Notes: a model not told the origin generated them from the sequence alone. DNA of 20,000 nucleotides from Malacoraja senta (GCA_038087875.1 JAXLNO010000230.1:420580-440579); one strand, 5' to 3'. Numbered from the stretch's first letter, positions 1 to 12,154 are shown. Numbers and translations: made by a program.

Positions 1-1430
1 TGTGGATTGGAGGGTTGCTAATGTTATCCCAATCTTTAAGAAGGGCGGCAAAGAGAAAACAGGGAAATATAGACCAGAGCCTGACATCGGTGGTGGGGAA
101 GATGCTGGAGTCTTGAAGATGAAATAGCGGCACATTTGGATAGCAGTAGCTGACTCGATCTGAGTCAGCATGGATTTACGAAGGCTTGACTAATCTTCTG
201 GAATTTTTTGAGGATGTAACCAGGATAATGGACAAGGGAGAGCCAGTGGATGTAGTCTACCTGGACTTTCAGAAAGCATTTGATAAAGTCCCACATAGTG
301 AGATTAGTGGGCAAAATTAGAGCACATGGTATTGAAGGTAGGGTGCTGACATGGATAGAAAATTGGTTGGCAAACAGGAAACAAATGGTAGGAATTAACG
401 GGTCCCTTTCAGAATGGCAGGCAATGACTAGTGGGGTACCGCAAGGCTCGGTGCTGGGACCACAACTATTTACAATATAAATGATTTGGATGAAGGGATT
501 AAAAGTAACATTAGCAAAATTGCAGATGACACAAAGCTGGGTGGCAGTGTGAACTGTGAGGAGGATGCTATGAGGGTGCAGGGTGACTTGGACAGGGGTG
601 AGTGGGCAGATGCAGTTTAATGTGGATAAATGTGAGGTTATCCACTTTGGTGGCAAAAACAGGAAGGCAGATTATTATCTAAATGGTGTCAAGTTGGGAA
701 AATTGGAAGTACAATGGGATCTACGGGTCCTTGTTCATCAGTCACTGAATGTAAGCGTGCAGGTACAGCAGGCAGTGAAGAAAGGGAATGTCATGTTGGC
801 CTTCATAACACGAGAAGTTGAGTATAGGAGCAAAGAGGTCCTCCTGCAGTTGTACAGGGCCTTAGTGAGACCACACCTGGAATATTGTGTGCAGTTTTGG
901 TCTCCAAACGTGAGGAAGGACATTCTTGCTATTGAGGGAGTGCAGCGTAGGTTCACGAGGTTAATTCCCGGGATGGCGGGGCTGTCATATGTTGATTGAA
1001 TGGTGCGGCTGGGCTTGTATAATCTGGAATTTAGAAGGATGAGAAGGGATCTTATTGACACATATAAGATTATTAAGGGTTTGGACATGCTAGAGGCAGG
1101 AAACATGTTCCAAATGTTGGGGGCGTCCAGAACCAGGGGCCATAGTTTAAGAATAAGTGGTAAAGCCATTTAGAACAGAGATGAGGAAATACCTTTTCAC
1201 ACAGAGAGTTGTGAGTCTGTGGAATTCTCTGCCTCAGAGGGCGTTGGAGGCTGGTTCTCTGGATGCTTTCAAGAGAGAGTTAGATAGAGCTCTTAGGGAT
1301 AGTGGAGTTAAGGGATATGGAGAGAAGGCAGGAACGGGGTACTGATTGTGGATGATCAGCCATGATCACATTGAATGGCGGTGCTGGCTCGAAGGGCCGA
1401 ATGGCCTACTCCTGCACCTATTGTCTATTG
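1..1430 (+). mobile_element. CR1 LINE, 3' portion (decayed RT region plus 3'UTR); continues off the left edge
   Basis: Frameshifted fragments encode RT motifs LDFQKAF, GVPQGSVLGP, IADDTK and RPHLEYCVQFWSP, ending GYGEKAGTGY* (stop 1343-1345). The 3'UTR GGCTCGAAGGGCCGAATGGCCTACTCCTGCACCTATT closely matches the CR1 at 12063-15595. Confidence 0.93.
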
Positions 1431-1439
1431 AGATATGAC

Positions 1440-2430
1440 AGAGATTGTTGATGTTCAGATGTCTTTGTTCCCAAGTCATGGGATGTTAATTGGGTTCAAT
1501 TAGTGTTCAATTAGGAAAGCAGACAGGAGGTTTGTCTTTTTTTCAAGGGCATTTGAGTACAAGAATAGAGACGCCTTGCTCCAATATATTATACCCTGTG
1601 AAATGGCATCTGAAATATTGTGTACGTGTCTGGTCTCCCTACCAACAGCAATATAGGTTTATGTTAGAGAGAGGGCAGTAAATATTGACCGGATTGTATT
1701 CAGCATGGCGGGTTGATCATATGAGGGGAATATAAACAGACTGGTTGTGTACTCAACACAAGTGGTGACCACATTTAAATCTACAAGATTATTATCAGGT
1801 TTGACAGGATACAAGCAGATGTTTCCCCTATTTGGGGAGTCAGTCTAGATCCGGCCACAGTGACAAAATAATGGCCCTGTCCCACGGTACGAGTTCATTC
1901 CAAGAGCTCTCCCGAGTTTAAAAAAAAAATCAAACTTGTGGTAAGCACAGAGAATGAATGTAGCGGGTACGTCGGAGCTCGGGGACGTTTTTTAGCGGCT
2001 CGTAACGCTAACGGCAGGTACTCGGGAAGACTCGCTAACAGCAGGTAAGCTCAGGAAGACTCGTGAAGATTTTTCAACATGTTGAAAAATGTCCAGGAGA
2101 GCCCCGAGTACCGACGAGCGGCCATTACCGTAAGTCTCCGAGTTCGAATCAGGGCAAACTTGGAGAGCTCTTGGAATGAACTCGTACCATGGGACAGGGT
2201 CATAAGGGGTTATTTGTTCAGGAGACAGTTGAGAAGAAATGTCTTCATCAAGTGGGAAATCTTGCTCTGTACTCAAGACAGCTGTGAAAGCTCAGTCACT
2301 GAGTATATTTAAGATAGATGTTGATTTTTTAGTCATGACGGGAATCAAAGGGTTAGTGCAGGAAGATGTTGCTGATCTTATTGAGCAGACATTGTGGGCC
2401 GAATGGCCAGGTCTTGTTATTTCTTATGGT
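1440..2430 (+). mobile_element. Older, heavily decayed CR1 3' fragment interrupted by a MITE
   Basis: Remnants HLKYCVRVWSP and CACAGTGACAAAATAA|GGGG (HSLRIRG region, split by the MITE); 3'UTR-like TGGGCCGAATGGCC near 2395-2408. Boundaries approximate. Confidence 0.75.
1872..2202. mobile_element. PIF/Harbinger-type MITE
   Basis: About 45-bp terminal inverted repeats (TGGCCCTGTCCCACGGTACGAGTTCATTCCAAGAGCTCTCC... / ...GGAGAGCTCTTGGAATGAACTCGTACCATGGGACAGGGTCA). TAA duplication at 1869-1871 and 2203-2205; removing the element restores the CR1 sequence. Confidence 0.88.
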
Positions 2431-2829
2431 CAGAAACCTCCCCCACTTTGTTATCTGCTACAATCGTAAGTTGTCTTCAACAGTCAACTGTTGCACCTGT
2501 TACAAGCATTTCGCCTCTTACCTGAAGAACATTCAGAATAAATTGTTTCCAAAGTATATACAACACAGAAACATTGCCCACCAAGTGTACATTGTTCTTT
2601 GCACTGTACTAAGTTGTGGAGATATATAAGATGTTTGTTATTATCTTCTCATGTGCGATATTCCTGCATCAATTTAATGAAACATCATGTGAACCAGCTA
2701 ATGTATTATAAAAATGATGTGTTTCATGTCAGACAATCTGCTCTTTACTCTCTGAATCTGAGTTCTGAGTCATTTGCACCTCACTGTGTGTAAGGACCGT
2801 TTTTGGGGAGTGGGGGACAATCAATAACC

Positions 2830-2944
2830 CATGATAGACACAAAAAAATGAAGTAACTCAGCAGGTCATACATCATCTCCAGAGAAAAGGAATGGGTGAC
2901 GTTTCGGGTCGAGACCCTTCTTCAGACTGAGAGCCAGGGGAAAG
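2830..2944 (-). mobile_element. Short Penelope-like (pLTR-derived) element, single arm
   Basis: Same family as 3744-3925, 6958-7149 and 16819-17343; flanked by direct repeat TCAATAACC (2821-2829, 2945-2953). Confidence 0.7.
2893..2930 (-). ncRNA. Minimal type I hammerhead ribozyme motif
   Basis: Minus strand reads CUGAAGA-A-GGGU(CUCG)ACCC-GAAA-C-GUC: complete core and a 4-bp stem II. Stem I pairing is weak (about 2 bp). Confidence 0.6.
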
Positions 2945-3743
2945 TCAATAACCAATCATGTTCTACAACGAAGGACGAAGGACTGCCAGATGTTTGGTGA
3001 ACTATTCTTCATTGTTTGTAATCACTCGTGAGGGCTGTTTCAGAATAAATTCCAGTTCTTGAGAATCAAAACTTCATTGAGGGCCAGTACATGGACTGGA
3101 TTAATTTTATGGCTCATCCTCTAAACATTAGTACAAGCAAGCTCCGTGTAATGGAGGAGGTGCGTTACTATAAAACGGTCCATATCCTGTTTTTTCCAAG
3201 TGCAATATTTGTGCATCTGTTAAGAAACACGAGTTGAAAAAAACATTGTGTTTATTTAATTTTTTCACTTAAATTGCTTGAGTGAATTTTATTCTAGGGG
3301 TATGACACATTTTTGGGTAGTGACGTGGATTCGTAAGGGCAAATTTCCATAACCCGAAAGGCCATGATGCAGGGGTTGCCTGGAATTAGTTATAACTGGT
3401 GAGACCACTAGCACTAATCCACAGTTTATATTATTCTGGTTAAACATGTAGGTGTGGCTGTCCACTCCGCAGCATTCATAGCATTTTTCATCTTGTGTCA
3501 TCAAGAACAACTCCCATATGGTAAAACTCTGTGTACATAAAGGAGAACATGCTTGAAGCTGCAGGAAATATTGATTGCTGTGAATTTTCAAATGAAAGAG
3601 ACTGATGCAGTCATTAGCTTAAAGCAAAATACTGAATATGTTGTAACTCCAATACAATTGCAGAAACAGTGGGATATGTTCAGCAAATCATGCAATATTT
3701 ATGAAGGCAACCTAATGAAAGTTCAACAAAGTATTCCCAATAT

Positions 3744-3925
3744 AGACACAAAATGCTGGAGTAACTCAGCAGATAAGGTAGCATCTCAGAGACTCAGTCT
3801 TATGAAGGATCTCGACCCGAAACATCACCTATTCCTATCTCCAGAGCGTCTCTGCGGTGCTGGAGTTACTCCAGCATTTTGTGTCTATCTTCGGTGTAAA
3901 CCAGCATCTGCAATTCCTTCTTAAG
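3744..3925. mobile_element. Short fold-back Penelope-derived element
   Basis: Inverted arms AGACACAAAATGCTGGAGTAACTC / GAGTTACTCCAGCATTTTGTGTCT; flanking 17-bp direct repeat CAAAGTA(T/C)TCCCAATAT (3727-3743, 3926-3942). Hammerhead core decayed (CTTATGA...GAAACATC). Confidence 0.75.
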
Positions 3926-4231
3926 CAAAGTACTCCCAATATTTTCTGGGATTTTTTACAAAGATTCAATCAGACACTGTACATCCCATATCTTTACCTG
4001 AAGATTTTATGTAGTTAAAATTGTTGGATTGTATCATTTGCGTCAATGTTTTAGTTTCTTATTGAGGGCATTCTAAGGGGAGATCGAAGCTGGGCCAGGG
4101 AAAAGCTGGTGGCATGAGAGGCTGCAACAATAAAAGGATTGTTATTTTATTGTATGAGATGATTATGTGTATACAGATGTTGAACAATCAAAGTGTGCTT
4201 TTGACACATAATCTATTATTTCAAAATCTTA

Positions 4232-4528
4232 AGGCCCTGTCCCACGATGCGAGTTTACCCAAGAGCTCTCCCGAGTAAAAATAAATAAATCAAACTCGTG
4301 GTAAGTACGTAGAATGTACGTAGCGGCTACGTCGGAGCTCGTGGATGTCTCGTAGCGCTCGTAATGCTAACGGCAGGTACTTAGGAAACGCGGTAACTCG
4401 TGACGTTTTTTCAACAGTGTGAAAATTTTCCAAGTGTAAAAAAATACACGTGATGAAGTACCACGAGTTTGATTTTTTTTTTAACTCGGGACAGCTCTTG
4501 GGTAAACTCGCATCGTGGGACAGGGCCT
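4232..4528. mobile_element. PIF/Harbinger-type MITE (second subfamily)
   Basis: TIRs AGGCCCTGTCCCACGATGCGAGTTTACCCAAGAGCT... / ...AGCTCTTGGGTAAACTCGCATCGTGGGACAGGGCCT; TTA duplication at 4229-4231 and 4529-4531; internal sequence similar to 1872-2202. Confidence 0.88.
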
Positions 4529-4652
4529 TTAGAGTGTAGTGCTCATTTCAATTTTATCTCAAATATTTCACTCTAATGTTGTGATACAAGGTTACGAGTG
4601 GCATGTTAATAACAATAAAAAAACATGTTATTTTTTATCTTGACTTTTGTAG

Positions 4653-4772
4653 AGTAAAAATTGCTTGGAGCTTGGTCCTCCAGCGGAGGGAGAAGTCGTC
4701 CAGGTGAGATGGACTGATGGACTACTCTACGGTGCCAAATTTGTATCATCTAACATCATTTACATGTACCAG
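4653..4772 (+). CDS. KDM4C: Internal coding exon of a KDM4/JMJD2 histone lysine demethylase, double (hybrid) Tudor region; KDM4C most likely, KDM4A possible
   Basis: Pyrimidine tract then AG (4651-4652); donor CAG|GTAAGT at 4773. The 120-nt phase 0-0 exon translates to [40 protein letters not shown], matching the recalled KDM4 segment ([18 protein letters not shown]....MYQ). SNI and the long introns favour KDM4C; family call is firm, paralogue call is tentative. Confidence 0.88.
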
Positions 4773-5154
4773 GTAAGTCATGTTTGGCACGGATCGAGTC
4801 ATGACAAATATTTACATTTTTGAACGACTTATGAGTGGGTTGATTGATTTTAGAGGATCCTCCTGTTACTTTGTTCTGTCCAGGCCAAAGTTAGCAAAAC
4901 AATCTGCACATAATTCTTTAATGAGTAATTTAATGTCTTTATGAAACTTGTTTCAATTTGCAAATACTTTTTAAATTGATCAATTATAAATGTTCAGTAT
5001 GAAAAGGTTTAAAGTACAATAATTGCATGCCACCAGCCAGATGATATTTTTGATGTTGTGCACACGTGTTTTATGCCAAGGGCCATATTTTGAAGTATAG
5101 AGCAGTTAGAGTAGGATGGTTAAAAATAATTTAAAAATTACAGGGAGCATTCAA

Positions 5155-5460
5155 CAGTCAAGAGAGTCAAGAGTGTTTTATTGTGATAGGAAAATGAATT
5201 CTTACTTGCAGCAGCACAACAGATATGTAAACACAGTAATCTTAAACACCATAATAAAAAAACAAAAAAGTTCAATGTGAATATAAAAACACACAGTAAT
5301 AGTACAAAGCTTATGTAGTCAGGAGCTTAGTTGGAGGTTGCAGTATTTAATAGCCTTTGCTTGTTGGGAAGAACCTGCTCTTCAATCTAGATGTTACAGT
5401 TTTCAGGCTCCTTATACCTTCTTCCCGATGGCGGGAGTGAAATGACCATGTGGGCAGGAT
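5155..5460 (-). mobile_element. Rex1/Babar-type LINE 3' end
   Basis: Minus strand with frameshifts gives HPAH..ISLPPSGRRY/RSLKTVTSRLKSRFFPT..RLLN, the typical Rex1 ORF C-terminus. It is followed by an AATAAA and a short tandem tail (TCTTGACT repeated). Confidence 0.75.
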
Positions 5461-5475
5461 TATGTGTTCATTCAC

Positions 5476-6320
5476 CAGGTCAAGCAGCATCTGTGGAAAG
5501 AGAAACATATTTAATTTTCAGACCCTTTATTGGAACTGAGAGAATGAGAAAAGTTTTAAATTGTGGGGAGTTGGGGAAGGATGGCTAAGCAGGGAGTATC
5601 TTCAATAGGGTGAGTCGAGGGTTACTAAGCTAATTCCTCTGTTAATGAGAAGGTTGATTGATACCCTCTGTTATTGAGAAGGTTGATTGATAAAATACTG
5701 GGAGAAAGGCAATAAACAAATGGACGTGTGAAAGCTGTTGCAAGTCAGAACTGAAAAACTAATGACCAGTAGAATAGCCAGTGTGCAGAGACAGAGAAAA
5801 AATGAGCTCATATTGCAAGTGTCTATAATTTCACAGCAGAACTTGTCATTTCTTGCACAAACAAAACAAAAAAAACATTTTTTCTGAAATTCAGTTTTGA
5901 ATCCAGAAAGCAGCAACATGTCCACATGGAAAATGAGGTGCTGTTGCTCAGGGTTTCAATGGGGCTCCTGGAACTGGTACAGGAGGCCATGGACAGAAAT
6001 ATTGGAGTGGGATGAAGAATTAAAGTGACAGGAAATTTCCTGAATGGTGGAAAGGGAAGAGGTGAAAGGGCAGATGTTGCATTTCTTGAAGGTTGACTTG
6101 GTTTTTTTTAACCATCCTGCTGTAACTCTGCTCCACACTTCAAAATATGGCCCTTGGCATGGAAAGCGTGTGCACATCAAAAAGACCGACTAGCTAATTG
6201 CATGCAATTATTGTAATTTAAATGTGATGGGGAGTGATAGGTGGAGATAGACAAGTGAACCGGTGAGTGACATAAGGAATGCCCCTTTGAAATGCTGAAG
6301 AGGAGGAGAGAAGGTTCTTG
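5476..6320 (-). mobile_element. Old Penelope-like element remnant
   Basis: GGAAAATGAGGTGCTGTTGCTC (about 5928-5949) is the reverse of EQQHLIF, resembling the GIY-YIG C-terminus EEQHLIFRLG. pLTR-like CAGCATCTGTGGAAAGAGAAAC near 5485. Boundaries approximate. Confidence 0.55.
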
Positions 6321-6395
6321 GATCTAATCAGTTCATTTGGGGAAGTGATTAGCTGGCACTTGGAGAAGGCAAAAGCAGGTTGGTTTAACAACAAA

Positions 6396-6745
6396 GTTCA
6401 TAGGAGCAGAATTTGGCCATTTGGCCCATCAAGTCTACACCGCCATTCTACTATGGCTGATCTATATTTCTAGCTCAACCCCATTCTCCTGCCTTCTCCC
6501 CATAACCCATGTCACCTGTACTAATCAAGAATCCATCAATCTCTGCCTTAAAAATATCCATTGACGGCCTCCACAGCCTTTGTGGCAATGAATTCTACAG
6601 ATTCACCACCCTCCGACTGAAGAAATTCCTCCTTGTCTCGTTTCTAAAGGTACGTCCTTTCATTCTGAGGCTCTGGCCTCTGGTCCTAGACTCTCCCACT
6701 AGCGGAAACATCCTCTCCACGTCCACGCTTTCCGAAGCCTTTCAC
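6396..6745 (-). mobile_element. 5'-truncated CR1 3' fragment
   Basis: Similar to 12063-12430 (CCTGCCTTCTCCCCATAACCC, AGATTCACCACCCTC, TGGTCCTAGACTC). Confidence 0.85.
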
Positions 6746-6957
6746 TATTACAAAGTGACCCTGAGCTTCTAAATTACTCTCACTTTGATTCCCAATTCCC
6801 CTCTGACCTCTCTGTCTGTGCCCTACAACGAGGCCAAATGTAACCCTGAGGAACAACTGCTCATCTTGCATCTGGGCATTTTGTAGCTCTCAGAATTCAA
6901 ATTTCAGATATTTATATCTGTTTGCATAGCACCGGCCAATTCCATTGTACTGGTAGT

Positions 6958-7149
6958 TTGTAGGGAGGAATTGCAGATGCTGGTTTACACTGAAGAGAGA
7001 CATAAAATGCTGGAGTAACTCAGCCAGACAGGCAGCATGTCTGGATAGAAGGAATGGGTGACTTTTCGGGTCTCAACCCGAAACGTCACCCATTCCTCCT
7101 ATCCAGAGATGCTGCCTATCCCACTGAGTTACTCCAGCATTTTGTGTCT
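6958..7149. mobile_element. Short fold-back Penelope-derived element
   Basis: Long inverted arms centred near 7073; degenerate 16-bp flanking direct repeat TTCCATTGTACTGGTA (6940-6955) / TTCCACTGAATTGGTA (7150-7165). The CUGANGA half of the hammerhead core is absent. Confidence 0.75.
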
Positions 7150-7332
7150 TTCCACTGAATTGGTATCTGTTTGCAATATTAGCTCAGTAATTTTTCTTTC
7201 TCCACAGAAAGTAAGTGATACTTTGGGCATTTCTAGAATTATTTTGTTAAGGTCTTGGCAACAGCTCTGACCTGCTATTACATGTCCCTTTGTTTGATTT
7301 CTCTCTCTCTGAATGGTAGCATAGTGGCACAA

Positions 7333-7575
7333 GGGCAGCACAGTGTCACAGCTGGAAAAGCTGCTGCCTCACACCAACAGAGATCCAGGTTCAATCCTGA
7401 CTTCAGGTGCTGTCTGTGTAGATTTTGCACGTTCTCCCTGTGACCACATGGGTTTTCTCTGGGTGCTCCAGTTTCCTCCCACATCCCAAAGGTCAATTAG
7501 CCTCTATATATTGCCCTGAGTGGTTGGCATGGATTCAGTGGGCCAAAGGGCCATTTTCAAGCTGTATCTCTAGAT
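7333..7575 (+). mobile_element. tRNA-derived SINE (V-SINE/HE1-like)
   Basis: A-box-like head, B box GGTTCAATCC (7388-7397), V-domain-like TTGCACGTTCTCCCTGTGACC...GGGTGCTCCAGTTTCCTCCCACATCCCAAAG, and CR1-like tail TGGGCCAAAGGGCC. Confidence 0.8.
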
Positions 7576-7964
7576 ATTTACTTTGTCCCATCCCCCAGCC
7601 CCTCTGCAACGAAGCTATTTATTTATTTTTTCTGATCCGACGAAGGATCTTGATCCTGAAATATTGATTCTTTTTCTCTTTCCACGGAATCTGTCTCACC
7701 ATCTGACTGTTTCCAGCAATTCTGATTTCATTTCAGACTTCCAGCATCTGCAGCCCTTTGATTTTTTATAGACTAGGATAATACTGGATCATGATCAAAA
7801 AGGTTGTGGGGATAAAGGGGGAAAATAACAAGGGGAAAGATTGGTACTTACTAGGATGTAGGAGACTACTGATTGACTCATCTCACCATACCAGTTTCCA
7901 GAAAAAAAAACCTTATTTCCATGTACCGCAGCAAACTTTTCTCCCCTTTTATTTATTTTTATCA

Positions 7965-8115
7965 CCACACGAAGGGTAAATTCATAATATCCAATGAGTA
8001 TGTATTTTGGATGTTTGAGGAATCCATATGGTCACAGAGAGGGCATGTAAACTCCACACATACAACTCAAGAATCAAACTGCTTCCTTGGAGCAGTGAGA
8101 CAGCAGTGTTAACTT
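7965..8115 (-). mobile_element. Decayed tRNA-derived SINE
   Basis: GGTCACAGAGAGGGCATGTAAACTCCACACA and GCAGTGAGACAGCAGTG resemble the reverse complement of the SINE at 7333. Confidence 0.55.
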
Positions 8116-8818
8116 TGAGAGGAGTGTGTGAGCAGTGAGCACTGCCTGTGAAACCCTGCAATGTTGGAAGCGTGCTGACTGAGCATAAGTTATCAATCAT
8201 GGCTGAATTACAGCATCAGATAATAGTGAAGCCAAAAAGTCCTTTACATCTGGTTAATTATTGACATCACTATAAATTTTGCAGGCAAATGAAGTACTGA
8301 AATAATACAAAGGATGGTGTCGGACGTCAATGACATAATGTTCACCTAATTTCTCAGCTTCAAATAGTGAAAAAAAATAATGCCCAACTGAGCTGTCAGA
8401 TAATACTGATGTAAACCCTATCTAAAGTTCCATCAATGCACCAACAATGCAGAATAATACTTATAATGCACAACGTGACAACCTAGAGTATGTGTTAAAG
8501 TCCTGGACTCTACTTGACCAATCGATCTTGTGATTCAGAAACAAATATGTTATCACTGACTCAAGACAGAGTAGCCATAATGAGAAGGATTTATAGTCCT
8601 GGATATCGGACACCTGCTTGTTTTGAATTTGAAGTAAACTATCACTGACAATGATGTTGCTTCCCAAAACTTCTCAGAACTATGAGGACAGCAGAGCAGT
8701 CACTGTGTCACTGCACAGTTCCAGCAACCCAGGTTCAATCCTTAACTTGGGCATTGTTTTTGCAGAGATTGCATGTTCTTCACGAAACCATTGGCCACTC
8801 TAAATTGTCCCTAACGTA

Positions 8819-10436
8819 CAGTGGCTTGCAAAAGTATTCATACCCCTTGAACTTTTCCACATTTTGTCACGTTACAACCACAAACGTAAATGTATTTTAT
8901 TGGGATTTTATGTGATAGACCAACACAAAGTGGCGCATAATTGTGAAGTGGAAGGAAAATGATACATGGTTTTCAAATTTTTTTACAAATAAAAAACTGA
9001 AAAGTGTCGCGTGCAAATGTATTCAGCCCCCTTTACTCTGATACCCCTAAATAAAATCCAGTGCAACCAATTGCCTTCAGAAGTCACCTAATTAGTAAAT
9101 AGAGTCCACTTGTGTGTAATCTAATCTCAGTATAAATACAGCTGTTCTGTGAAGGCCTCAGAGGTTTGTTAGAGAACATTAGTGAACAAACAGCATCGTG
9201 AAGCCCAAGGAACACACCAGACAGGTCAGGGATAAAGTTGTGGAGAAGTTTAAAGCAGGGTTAGGTTATAAACAAATATCCCAAGCTTTGAACATCTCAC
9301 GGAGCACTGTTCAATCCATCATCCGAAAATGGAAAGAGTATGGCACAACTGCAAACCTACCAAGGCATGGCCGTCCACCTAAACTGACAGGCCGGGCAAG
9401 GAGAGCATTGTTCAGAGAAGCAGCCAAGAGGCCCATGGTAACTCTGGAGGAGCTGCAGAGATCCACAGCTCAGGTGGGAGAATCTGTCCACAGGACAACT
9501 ATTAGTCGTGCACTCCACAAATCGGGCCTTTATGGAAGAGTGGCAAGAAGAAAGCCATTGTTGAAAAAAAGCCATAAGAAGTCCCGTTTGCAGTTTGCCA
9601 CAAGCCATGTGGGGGACACAGCAAACATGTGGAGGAAGGTGCTCTGGTCAGATGAGACTAAAATTGAAGTTTTTGGCCTAAATGCAAAACGCTATGTGTG
9701 GCGGAAACCTAACACTGCACATCGCCCTGAACACACCATCCCCACTGTGAAACATGGTGGTGGCAGCATCATGCTGTGGGGATGCTTTTCTTCGGCAGGG
9801 ACAGGGAAGCTGGTCAGAGTTGATGGGAAGATGGATGGAGCCAAATACAGGGCAATCTTGGAAGAAAGCCTGTTAGAGTCTGCAAAAGACTTGAGACTGG
9901 GGCGGAGGTTCACCTTCCAGCAGAACAACGACCCTAAACATACAGCCAGAGCTACAATGGAATGGTTTAGATCAAAGCATATTCATGTGTTAGAATGGCC
10001 CAGTCAAAGTCCAGACCTAAATCCAATTGAGAATCTCTGGCAAGACTTGAAAATTGCTGTTCACAGACGCTCGCCATCCAATCTGACTGAGCTTGAGCTA
10101 TTTTGCAAAGAAGAATGGGCAAAAATTTCAGTCTCTAGATGTGCAAAGCTGGTAGAGACATACCCCCAAAAGACTTGCAGCTGTAATTGCAGCGAAAGGT
10201 GGTTCTACTAAGCATTGACTCAGGGGGGCTGAATACTTTTGCACGCAACACTTTTCAATTTTTTATTTGTAAACAAATTTGAAAACCATGTATCATTTTC
10301 CTTCCACTTCACAATTATGCGCCACTTTGTGTTGGTCCATCACATAAAATCCCAATAAAATACATTTACGTTTGTGGTTGTAACGTGACAAAATGTGGAA
10401 AAGTTCAAGGGGTATGAAAACTTTTGCAAGCCACTG
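8819..10436 (+). mobile_element. Full-length Tc1/DD34E DNA transposon, Passport-like, IR/DR type
   Basis: 1618 bp; 213-bp TIRs (8819-9031, 10224-10436) starting CAGTGGCTTGCAAAAG; TA duplication at 8817-8818 and 10437-10438. Outer and inner direct repeats TGCAAAAGTATTCATACCCC / TGCAAATGTATTCAGCCCCC. Confidence 0.96.
9198..10218 (+). pseudogene. Tc1 transposase, inactivated
   Basis: Paired-like HTH, GRPPK, WSDETK, HGGGSIMLWGCF and SPDLNPIENLW motifs. Lesions: GTG start, QQDND changed to QQNND (AAC 9924-9926, 34 residues before E), and one extra C in the run at 10163-10167. Removing that C restores YPKRLAAVIAAKGGSTKH*. Confidence 0.92.
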
Positions 10437-12154
10437 TAGGTGCTGGCAGGAGAACCAGGGGGAATTGTTGGGCATTGGAGAGGGATAAGTTACAGGGAAA
10501 TAATTAGGAGAATAGGACTGATTCATGTAAGGATTGCCTGAAATGGCATTGAACTGTAGTACCTGATATTGTTACATTATATGGTGATTCAGGAAATAAA
10601 ATCTTTCCCTGTTTTTAAGAAAATGTCTTTGTGTACATGGACTTTGAAGGCCAGAATACAGTGTGTATGTTAGATTACAATATTTCATTGCATTCATTTG
10701 ATGCTACAAATTCAACAAATGTGTTATGCACAGGCATGTCGCAGGCAGCATTAGTTACCAGGATTTTGCACAGTTAACTTGGCATAGAATTCGCATTGTG
10801 GTAATACATTGTGAACCTACTTGGCATTTTACCATGTAACTAGATGTCACAAGAGAGTAACATATGTAGGTCACATCATCAATCTTTTATGCTCTCTCCA
10901 GCTTTGAATCTTGCCAAGGATTGAAAATGCAGTTTAGTTTGGGAGTTTTTCTGTACAAAAATGTAGCGTTTCATTTTTGCATAAGTCTTTGAAGAAACCA
11001 CTTCTGTATTGTAATGGTTTCTAAAAAGACAGGTGAGAGTAAGTGTTTGAAAGAACATCTTGCTCACCCAATAGTAGCCACACCTTGCCACTTTGGGGTG
11101 GGGTGATGCTTTACTAGACCAGTGTGAGCTAAGGTACGAATGACAGGTTATTTGTTTGAACTTCGTAAAGATGTTGGCACAGAAAGGGAGTAGTGGTTGG
11201 GTGATGATTATAGCACCTATAATTTTGTTCATACTGTAATTGAAAAAATAATGGTATAAACAAGCAATTTATTCTCCAGCTGTGTATCTTTATCAATCTA
11301 CAAGGAAAATACTAATTTTCAAAGAATGAGTCAAAAATATTTGTTTGCTGCCCCGTCCATATTATTCCACAAACTCTGTTCAACAACAACACCGTATCTT
11401 GCAATTCATTATTAATCACAATGAAGACTTTTTGGTTTGTCTACTTGACAGGTCATATTTAAATAGAAAGTTAATATCCTCACACTGTGCCTGGTCATTA
11501 TTTGCTAATGGTTTTCTTTTAAAGAACTAACCTAAATGGGAAAATATGTAAGTGCTGTTACATTTTCAATGTAATCCGTTTCTATTGTAAATTAACTGCA
11601 CAGCGTATCGAGGTCCATTTAACAAAAAGGTGCATAATCTTTATTAAACATTTGTTAAGAGTTGTATTTGCACCTCAGTTTGTAATACCATACAACCTGT
11701 GCATCCAAGAGCCCATTTGTGTATACCTGCATGCAGGATTCATTGTGATATTACTACAGTTGAAGCTTTTGACTGCGTTAGAGTATTTTCTGTTGCTATG
11801 GTACTGCTGACATGTGGGTTTAGTCCATTGTACTCCCGAGCTCCTGTTGTAAATGTGTGACTATGCCAAGTTTTTAGCTGTTGGAATGTGAGGGAGTCAT
11901 TACTGGTTCAAAAGCTAGCACAAAGGAAAACCACATCACTCCGTCTTATCATGCATTTTTTTACACTATCGTACATTTTTGCTGACAATGTATCAGTGTA
12001 ATATTCACATTAATGTACTCATTCGATAGCATCAGTTTCATGAGATCTACATTTATACACTTACATAGATACATAGAAAATAGGTGCAGGAGTAGGCCAT
12101 TCGGCCCTTCGAGCCTGCACCGCCATTCAATATGATCATGGCTGATCATCCAAC

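Larger units (their letters stand above)
6750..7765 (+). mobile_element. Old Penelope-like remnant (GIY-YIG C-terminus and pLTR), interrupted by younger elements
   Basis: 6826-6876 gives NEAKCNPEEQLLILHLG. 7637-7665 holds a decayed hammerhead-like motif CCGACGA-A-GGATC..GATCC-TGAAA, then CCAGCATCTGCAG pLTR-like end. Confidence 0.5.
8685..10560 (+). mobile_element. tRNA-derived SINE split by the Tc1 insertion (about 8685-8818 and 10437-10560)
   Basis: B box GGTTCAATCC near 8732, TTGCATGTTCT, and TAAATTGTCCCTAACG-TA resuming as TA-GGTG after the transposon. Outer boundaries approximate. Confidence 0.65.

Noticed and set aside
165..1169. Minus-strand ORFs of 163 and 143 aa, and the + strand ORFs within 12132-15658
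   Set aside because: They are antisense frames of CR1 coding sequence with no independent protein features.
3965..4015. LPEDFM resembling the end of the preceding KDM4 exon (PEDIV)
   Set aside because: The upstream residues do not match the expected F.DGSFS motif and the frame ends in TAG.
7333..7410. tRNA-like A/B boxes (also near 8690-8745)
   Set aside because: They are SINE heads followed by SINE body sequence, not cloverleaf tRNA genes.
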